A stretch of DNA of 64,000 nt from a virus (taxonomy: Duplodnaviria > Caudoviricetes): positions 1,546 to 65,545 of IMG/VR virus record IMGVR_UViG_3300010354_000080, one strand, 5' to 3'. The notes below the pieces were generated by a model. That model had not been told where the DNA came from and made no database searches. It worked only from the letters and a program-made list of their open reading frames with translations. Position 1 is the stretch's first letter; each line of letters starts with the position of its first letter. Positions 57,194-64,000 of the stretch are shown here, piece by piece. Position numbers and translations under genes: made by a program.

Positions 57194-57814
57194 GTGATTA
57201 TCACGAATAAATACGAGAGGTGGTATTGGGCCCTCATGAATAGGGCTCTGTCCAGACACGACATCTCTGAGCGTGTTGAGAAACACCACGTATTTCCTCA
57301 ATGCGTTTACGGAAAAAATTCTTTCGTGGTTAAATTAACACGAAGAGAACATTACGTTGCGCATCTGCTCCTTGCCAAGTTTTTAGGGAAGCAACACCCA
57401 AAACTATGGTTAGCGATAACTAGAATGAATAAGCCTAGCGTTTATAACTCTAGGCTATATTCCCTAGCTAGACAGAAAACTTCTGAATGGAGGTCTCTGA
57501 AAAACAGAACAGAGCTAGATTACTCTAGAGTGCTCCCACGGATTCATAGGAATAATTCTCTGCTTCAGAATCGGCCTTGGAAAAATTTCAATGTAAAGAA
57601 AGATAACTTGATTTTCTGGAAGAAGGCCGATGTTGTATACGATTTGTACATCAATAAAAAGTATCCAGATAAGCAGATGCATTCCTATATCTGCGGAAAG
57701 ATTGACTTACCGGTGAGTAAGCTAAAGATACTTAGAAACATGATCAGATTGATCGACAGTGGCTGGGTCCCTAGCCAGGATGAAGAGTGGTTACAGCTGA
57801 CGCAATCCAGCTGA
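57194..57814 (+). mobile_element. free-standing HNH homing endonuclease
   Basis: KYERWYWALM..EKHHVFPQC..VVKLTRREHYVAHLLL; AT-rich. Confidence 0.8.
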
Positions 57815-57855
57815 TCCTATGATAGAATACTCTCATAGTTTTTACCAGAAAGTCT

Positions 57856-58695
57856 ATGTCTTGTCTTCCGTTTGATTTTCAATACATCAAAATTGCTCGC
57901 GAGATCCTTAATGAAGGAGTCGAAATTGTAGGCCGTAATAATCTTCGCTATAAGCAGATCTTCGGTCAAACTATTAAGATTGACCTGCGAGATGGGTTCC
58001 CTGCGATGACTCTGCGTAAGATGCCTGTGCGCAATCTCTTCCGCGAATTCATGTGGGATATTTCTGGAGATTATCGCGTAAGTAACCTCGGTCCCGCAAA
58101 ACATTTTTGGGATTTTCTTGCTGATTCTGAAGGTCGTCTCGCTGGATCCTATGGGCGTTCCTGGCGTTCTTGGCCTAAAGTCTGTCCAGAAGAGAGCATG
58201 GAATGGGAAAACTTCCGCAAAGAGCCTTTTGATCAACTTAAGTGGATTTGGGAGCAGCTTCGCACCAATCCAACCAACCGCCAGTTGGTTCTTCAAACCG
58301 TGAATCCAGCTTACGAGTCTCTTCACTGTCCAGGTTGCCATCCCTGTCTCGTATTCAGTTCCGATGGTCAGTTCCTCGACCTGCTCGTTACCGCCCGGAG
58401 TAATGACATGGCTACAGGAGTTCCGCTGGATATGTTCAGGTACGGCCTCCTCACCACGAAGATGGCGCAGGATGCCTCGCTGACCCCACGCTACGTGATG
58501 TTCGCTTCCGCCAACAACCACATCTACTCCCAGAACGAGTTGGCGATCAAGTCGATCATCATCAACCAGCCTCTGCATCCATGCGACGTCTGGATCAATA
58601 ACGAGAAGCCCATCTTCGACCTCGATCCGGAGACTGACTTCGAGCTCATCGGCTACGAATCCCACGCCGCTGTGAAGATGGACGTTGCTAACTGA
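57856..58695 (+). CDS. thymidylate-synthase-family protein, probably dCMP-specific (Asp at the dUMP-determining position)
   Basis: IFGQ..DLRDGFP, REFMW, YGRSWR, PGCH, RSNDMATGVPLD, HIY; TGATAGAAT upstream. Confidence 0.88.
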   Translation: MSCLPFDFQYIKIAREILNEGVEIVGRNNLRYKQIFGQTIKIDLRDGFPAMTLRKMPVRNLFREFMWDISGDYRVSNLGPAKHFWDFLADSEGRLAGSYGRSWRSWPKVCPEESMEWENFRKEPFDQLKWIWEQLRTNPTNRQLVLQTVNPAYESLHCPGCHPCLVFSSDGQFLDLLVTARSNDMATGVPLDMFRYGLLTTKMAQDASLTPRYVMFASANNHIYSQNELAIKSIIINQPLHPCDVWINNEKPIFDLDPETDFELIGYESHAAVKMDVAN

Positions 58696-59969
58696 TGTCC
58701 CTACCAGAATACGACCACACCACCACGCTCCTAGAAGATGTATTTGAGCCCGTCCTCGATCCTTATTGTCCGGTCTACGTCATCGATTTCAAGGTTTGTG
58801 CGCACTTCATATGTAATTACGCGGAGGCGGCTGAGGACGTTGCGAATGGCTCTGAGGAGGAACTGAGAAAGATTCTCAAGGCCATGTGGGCCTACCGTCT
58901 CAACCGCGGACCCGACATGCTCAAGCCTATGCCCTTCGTCGGTCTCATCGCCGACGATCTTAAGGGCCAGCTCCCAACCAACTTCTCCGAAGCCTCGGTG
59001 AGTGGCAAGGGGTACTGGAGGCATATCGAAGCCCACAAGCTCTCCATGGCGGAGTATAAGGGAGGCCGGGGGGAAAAGACCGCGTTCTTTGACATGGTTC
59101 AGGACGAGGGGTACAAGTACATCAACTCACCCGGCTCCACGTTCAGTTACTTCGCGAAGGAGTTCTTCGAAGCTGATGATATTGCGGGACACGTATGCAG
59201 ACTGAAACGCAAATCCCGTAAGAACTCCAAACTGGCCAAGCGCCAGATCTTTTTAGGAACTCTGGATGGCGACTGGCAGGGACTAGTCTCCGACCCTGAC
59301 GGTATCATCTGGGCCAACACCGGCCCCTGGCTACCGCGTCTCCGCTCGGAGCGCGAAGTCTGCGACTACTACCTTCGCAAGGAGGGGATGCACATCACTT
59401 CCGCCCGAGGATGCTACGACTTCAAGGTCGAATATGGCGACCTCGGCGACAACTTATATCCTGGTACACCACTACGATTTTTTGACTTATATGACGAGGA
59501 CGCTGAATGGCATTTTACGGAACAGGATTCCAAAAGCCTACTCAAAGTACTTAACAGCACAACTCCATCCAACCGGCCAGATCACATGGAATCCGCGAGA
59601 GTCTTCCTGCTTCGCAAAGGACTCTTCCTGCCAGAGATCCCTCCCACCTGGCACGAGGACAAGGACTCCTACTTTATCAGGGCTAGAAAATCCCGTATCG
59701 AGAACTCCCACCCCGATCTCACGGGTCGTAATAGGACTCTTTGCATGGGAAAAGTCTCCGACATAGAGATTTTTGAGAAGTGCAAAGAACTCGCTCTTGA
59801 GGATTCCAAGACTCACACGGAGATAAAACGGGAGACGGAGAATCTGCGGCAGTGCCGCGAGGCCGAGGATAAGAAGTGCGTTAAGGAGCTCCGCGCTCTG
59901 CTCCGTGGCCTCAAGGATCTTCGTTCCTCCATCAAGGAGCAACTTTCTCAACTGGTTACAAGCTCTTGA
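58695..59969 (+). CDS. 5'-3' exonuclease / flap endonuclease (T4 RNase H-like)
   Basis: VIDF, YKGGR, FEADDIAG, TLDGDWQGL, GDLGDNL. Confidence 0.85.
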   Translation: MSLPEYDHTTTLLEDVFEPVLDPYCPVYVIDFKVCAHFICNYAEAAEDVANGSEEELRKILKAMWAYRLNRGPDMLKPMPFVGLIADDLKGQLPTNFSEASVSGKGYWRHIEAHKLSMAEYKGGRGEKTAFFDMVQDEGYKYINSPGSTFSYFAKEFFEADDIAGHVCRLKRKSRKNSKLAKRQIFLGTLDGDWQGLVSDPDGIIWANTGPWLPRLRSEREVCDYYLRKEGMHITSARGCYDFKVEYGDLGDNLYPGTPLRFFDLYDEDAEWHFTEQDSKSLLKVLNSTTPSNRPDHMESARVFLLRKGLFLPEIPPTWHEDKDSYFIRARKSRIENSHPDLTGRNRTLCMGKVSDIEIFEKCKELALEDSKTHTEIKRETENLRQCREAEDKKCVKELRALLRGLKDLRSSIKEQLSQLVTSS

Positions 59970-59994
59970 CTCGGGCCCTCCACTGATCTATAAT
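59966..59994 (+). promoter_or_regulatory. sigma70-type promoter
   Basis: TTGACT-N17-TATAAT upstream of the helicase. Confidence 0.7.
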
Positions 59995-60007
59995 AGTCCC
60001 ATCTAGC

Positions 60008-61870
60008 ATGGGACTTTTTTATTGTATGGCAGAATCGAAGAATCAAGGACACTCCTCAGCGAAGGACACACTCGCCTCGGATGCGATCGGTCCCTCTCGG
60101 ATGTACAAGAAGATTCTTGCCTGGGCCGAGAATCGTGGTTACTATCTTCGGTTCAACTACGACGCCAAGTTGACTGGCTATCACTCCCTTTACGAGGAGC
60201 ATAACCCGGCCAAGGACCCCATGGCCCCCAAGTCCGTCAAGTTCCCCGAGTGGTTTCAGTTCCTCGTCCCGGCATCAGAGATCCGTCTGGAAACCGCTCA
60301 GGAGACTATTCTGGACGAGGACGTACTCCACGAGATGTCCGCCGACGAGCAGGAATTCGCCATTCCCCTATTCGTCTATCGTTCAGGTCGTAGTAGCGAG
60401 ATCACTGACCACGTGCTCGGCGTCGAGAACCTCAAGGCGATGAGGCATAAGAAACTCGGAGGAGGCCAGTACCAGCTCGGTATCGCTCACTCGCCCGCAA
60501 CTACGCAGGGCCGCAAGGATTCCGTTCGCGAGACCTACGCTTACGTCCCTGAGAAGGAGTGGTTTACAGAGGAGCTTCAGGGGCTTAGTTTTGAGGACAT
60601 CATTCGCATCTTCCCCTACCACGAGGCCCAGATGATGAAGCTGATCATCGGCCGGGCATGTGTCGGTCGGACGGGTGCTGTCCATCCTGGCACCCACAAA
60701 GTCCTCGAGCATGGCTTCCGTAAAGCTGGTGTGGTTATCGGTGAACCTGGAGTGGGTAAAACACTGACCCTCAATGGCATTCTCAACGCTATGAAGTACG
60801 TCGGCTACGATGTCTCAGCTATGGGAGATTTCGGATCTAGATTTAACCAAGGAAGCGTAGTCACCTCCCACCTCGCCTACAACGATGATCTTACCTTGGA
60901 TAGTTTGGAGAGGATGCTAAAGGCTCATAGTTTCAAGTCCGTAGTCACCGGCGGTTGCGAAAAAGTTGAGCAGAAAGGAGTAGATGCAATTGAAGTAGTT
61001 GCTAACACGGTTATCTTAGCTAATTGTAATGAATGGGCCCCGTCTATGATCTACGGATTGGACTCTGGCGCTGTGAGTCGCTTGGCTCCTATTGCTACTT
61101 ATAGGCTTTTTGAACTAGAAGAAATGAGTGAGGAAGAAGGCCATGACATCCATCCCGGCTCGCATATTGCTTGGCTATGCGAGAAGTATGATACTGATCC
61201 TATGTCTCTTTTTCTGCGTGTGCTCCGTGACTGTACTGACTTTTTTCTTGAAAAATGTTCAGAAGGGAGAGACGTACATTTTTACTCAGAGCAATTGATG
61301 CCTTATCTGCGAATCCAACTTCATAAGAATGCCTTGGAATGCTTTATTCGATTTGGATTTCTAGCATATGCTATTCGTCAGCGAAATTTAGAGGGAGACT
61401 GGTTACCGGAGCTTACTTTGAATAGCATGGCCGATGTAATTAATCATATTCGGTTTTTAATGATTGATAAGCGTGCGGATAGTTTTCGTACGGCCCTCAA
61501 AGAAGACTGGGAGAGCAAGCATCGCCCAGATTCTCATCCCTACTGGGCCCAACGTAAGCTCCTAATCACGAGCGTCGACAAGTCCTACGAGATATTTAAC
61601 ACGTATAAAGCTGATAGAGACGTCTCAATTGCAACTGAACATGCCTTTGAAGTACTAAGACTCCGAGACGGATTTTCAATCTCGAAAAAAATGTCATATA
61701 TCGTGCGAACTTGGGAATCTGTAAAAGGGGAAAAGTCTAAAATCTATCGACTAGGCAAGCAAATTCTTGACCAACTTCCGCAAGAAGACCAAGAGGTTCT
61801 TTTTAACGGCGACCTAAGAACCGATCCGTCTTGGATCTATGATCCTTCATACGATCCGACAAGTGTTTAA
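60008..61870 (+). CDS. SF3/D5-like helicase (P-loop NTPase)
   Basis: GEPGVGKT, LAYNDD, FKSVVTGG..VEQKG, ILANCN; start may be 60026. Confidence 0.75.
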   Translation: MGLFYCMAESKNQGHSSAKDTLASDAIGPSRMYKKILAWAENRGYYLRFNYDAKLTGYHSLYEEHNPAKDPMAPKSVKFPEWFQFLVPASEIRLETAQETILDEDVLHEMSADEQEFAIPLFVYRSGRSSEITDHVLGVENLKAMRHKKLGGGQYQLGIAHSPATTQGRKDSVRETYAYVPEKEWFTEELQGLSFEDIIRIFPYHEAQMMKLIIGRACVGRTGAVHPGTHKVLEHGFRKAGVVIGEPGVGKTLTLNGILNAMKYVGYDVSAMGDFGSRFNQGSVVTSHLAYNDDLTLDSLERMLKAHSFKSVVTGGCEKVEQKGVDAIEVVANTVILANCNEWAPSMIYGLDSGAVSRLAPIATYRLFELEEMSEEEGHDIHPGSHIAWLCEKYDTDPMSLFLRVLRDCTDFFLEKCSEGRDVHFYSEQLMPYLRIQLHKNALECFIRFGFLAYAIRQRNLEGDWLPELTLNSMADVINHIRFLMIDKRADSFRTALKEDWESKHRPDSHPYWAQRKLLITSVDKSYEIFNTYKADRDVSIATEHAFEVLRLRDGFSISKKMSYIVRTWESVKGEKSKIYRLGKQILDQLPQEDQEVLFNGDLRTDPSWIYDPSYDPTSV

Positions 61871-61899
61871 TTATATATTGAAATCTAGGGACTTGATAA

Positions 61900-62616
61900 A
61901 TGAACTACTTAAGCAAGTACATAAAACTAATAAGAAACGCTCAATCGAGAGAAATCGCTCCAGAGTTCTTTGAGGAACACCACATTTTTCCAGAATCTAT
62001 CTATGGCAAAAATAGTTACACAGTAAAACTAAGCTCCAGAGAGCATTATATAGCCCACCTACTGTTATATAAGGCTTTAAAGACTAGATACGGAGCAACC
62101 CACCATCGCACTGCAAAGATGGCCTATGCTCTCTGGAGAATAAATACTGCAAAAATTCGCATCGAGGGCAAAAAATCCACAGAATCTATTTTATACAGGA
62201 TGGCAAAAAATGCTTTTATTGAAAATCATCCGCTTCTTGGTAAAAAACACTCAGAACAAACAAAGTTAAAAATTGGAATGGCTAATAGTGGCCGTTTAAT
62301 TGGAGACAAAAATCCGATGTATGGCAAATTCGGATCAAATCATCCTCGATTTGGTCAACAACACACAGAAGAGTCAAAGGAGAAGATTGGAAGGTCTAGG
62401 AGGGGAGAAAAACATCCAATGTTTGGCAAAACTGGAGATAAAAATCCATTTTTCGGTAAGGTGCATACGGAGGAGTCTTTAAAAGTAATGTCAAAGAAGG
62501 CTTCAAGAAATAACAGGGGCAGAAAATGGTGGACCAATGGAACTAAAGATACCTTTGCTAGAGAATGCCCTGAAGGATTTTACGCCGGGAGATCCGCAAC
62601 TAGAAAAAACACATAG
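61900..62616 (+). mobile_element. HNH homing endonuclease with NUMOD3 repeats
   Basis: EEHHIFPES..VKLSSREHYIAHLLL; GKKHSEQTK, NPMYGK, HPMFGK, NPFFGKVH repeats; AT-rich. Confidence 0.85.
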
Positions 62617-62707
62617 TTTTACCCTTCTCACACATTGTCACAGTTTGTGTTTGTGAAAAATGTGAAGGGGGTACGTACTTTACTCGGTCCTATCGTATAA
62701 TTGTTCC

Positions 62708-63697
62708 ATGAAACCATCCGCCCTAATCTCTCTCGACCACGAGCAGTGGGACCATAAACCCTCCACCAAACTCCAGTACAAGGACCAGGTGGATAAATTC
62801 GGTAACCCTCGATCCGAAGTCCGCGTCATCGGCGCCCGCCTCGGATCGGAAATCGAGGAGGTAAATCCTAAATCCCTCGCCCGTTTCGTCTCCAGGGGGC
62901 AGACTTGGAGCCCGTTCGTGTTCAATGAGTGTCCTCAGTGGAGAAGACCGCGTCGTATCGAAGCCCTCTTCAAGAGCTGCCAGGTATTTGCCCTGGACTT
63001 CGACAATGGCGAGAGCGTAGATCAAGTCACCGAGCAGGCCAAAACACTCGGTCTCCAATTCAATCTCATCCACCACTCGTTCTCGTCCGCTCCCGACCAT
63101 CCCAAGCTTCGCGGGATCCTCTTCGTGGAGAAGGAGATCGTTGATTTTGAGAAGGCTAGGTTGTACTCCACGGCCCTAGCGCACGCGTTTGAAGGGGCGG
63201 ATAAGCAGTGCATTGATGTGGCTCGGCTTTACTTCGGCTCACGTGCCGATTCCATCGTCACGGTGAGTTCCGACTCGATGGTAAAAATCGCCACTCTGGA
63301 GAAGATCGCTAAGTCCGTTGAGGCAGAGAAGTTTCTAGTCAAGGGAGAGCGCAATATCTCCAAGCCGGACAGCACCGAGTGGGGGGATGCTAAAGTACAG
63401 CGTTCCATCCTTGCAGGTCTCTCCGCCTCCAAGAGAGCGTACGTGAAACGCAAAGTTCTCGGGATTCTGAAAGACGTTGAGACATTTGATGGGGCCAAGG
63501 GTTCTAGGTACGAGTGCGTATGGCGTAATGCAAGTAGACTGTCTCGTATGCCGGAAGTTGTCGGAAGTGCTGTGTACCAGTGGATGATCGAGAGCATCGA
63601 GAAGAATCCTTACTTCGCTGACTGGGACTGGGATGCTAAGAGCGTTGTCATGAACGCCATCGAATGGAGCAGCAACCACGCCGATGACCCAGTTTAA
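62708..63697 (+). CDS. archaeo-eukaryotic-type primase (AEP/prim-pol)
   Basis: FALDFDNG (DxD), HHSFSS, PKLRGIL, DKQCIDVARLYFG; TATAAT upstream. Confidence 0.8.
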   Translation: MKPSALISLDHEQWDHKPSTKLQYKDQVDKFGNPRSEVRVIGARLGSEIEEVNPKSLARFVSRGQTWSPFVFNECPQWRRPRRIEALFKSCQVFALDFDNGESVDQVTEQAKTLGLQFNLIHHSFSSAPDHPKLRGILFVEKEIVDFEKARLYSTALAHAFEGADKQCIDVARLYFGSRADSIVTVSSDSMVKIATLEKIAKSVEAEKFLVKGERNISKPDSTEWGDAKVQRSILAGLSASKRAYVKRKVLGILKDVETFDGAKGSRYECVWRNASRLSRMPEVVGSAVYQWMIESIEKNPYFADWDWDAKSVVMNAIEWSSNHADDPV

Positions 63698-63699
63698 AG
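63692..63699 (+). promoter_or_regulatory. putative late promoter GTTTAAAG
   Basis: Exact motif overlapping the primase stop, 6 nt before ATG 63706. Confidence 0.5.
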
Positions 63700-63705
63700 T
63701 CTAGT

Positions 63706-64000
63706 ATGGATAAATGTTCTTCTCCCGGCGACTCTTTAAATAATTGGACCTCCGGCTGCGAGCATCTAGGATCTAAGAATCCTAGCGCTTCAGTTACAAC
63801 TGTTAGAGTGGGAGGAAGCAGTACCTATACAAGCCAAACTCCGGTATCTTACACCAGCCGGGGACTAGGAACTCCTACAGATGGTAGCGATCAGATATTT
63901 GGCCCTGGAGGAACACTAGGGGGCATCCCCGCTTCCCCAAGTGATGGCATAAACCCCTCTACTGGATACACCGAAGGAGACGCAAAATTAAACTCTTGGG
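63706..64000 (+). CDS. hypothetical Ser/Gly/Thr-rich protein (partial, runs off the window)
   Basis: Open frame MDKCSSPGDSLNNWTSGCEHLG.. to the window end. Confidence 0.55.
   Translation, partial: MDKCSSPGDSLNNWTSGCEHLGSKNPSASVTTVRVGGSSTYTSQTPVSYTSRGLGTPTDGSDQIFGPGGTLGGIPASPSDGINPSTGYTEGDAKLNSW

Overview
This window is part of a large tailed phage genome, most likely a myovirus of a cyanobacterium. The host call rests on a tandem glutamine riboswitch with a DUF4278-like peptide, a Mo-nitro_C-domain gene, phoH, and fibre proteins resembling those of cyanophages. Bases 1-43 kb are mostly virion genes: giant fibre/structural proteins, a tail hub with muralytic domains, terminase, spike, P2 gpI-like and baseplate J proteins. 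Embedded among them are phoH, a nucleotide kinase, thioredoxin and a phage sigma factor. Bases 43-64 kb hold nucleotide-metabolism and replication genes: candidate SSB, nrdB, an nrdA-glutaredoxin fusion, a dimeric dUTPase/dCTPase, an atypical C5 DNA methyltransferase, a thymidylate-synthase homologue, a 5'-3' exonuclease, an SF3-like helicase and an AEP primase, plus several HNH endonucleases. The best leads are: (1) the ThyA homologue has Asp in place of the dUMP-specifying Asn, suggesting a dCMP-modifying pathway; (2) a late-promoter-driven tandem glutamine riboswitch controls two unannotated micro-ORFs; (3) a recurrent intergenic GTTTAAAG motif is a likely phage late promoter; (4) a single in-frame amber codon splits the tail hub/lysin gene; (5) a glutaredoxin domain is inserted in the NrdA tail. 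All family calls come from motif recognition by eye; no database searches were run. No tRNA, rRNA or CRISPR array was seen.
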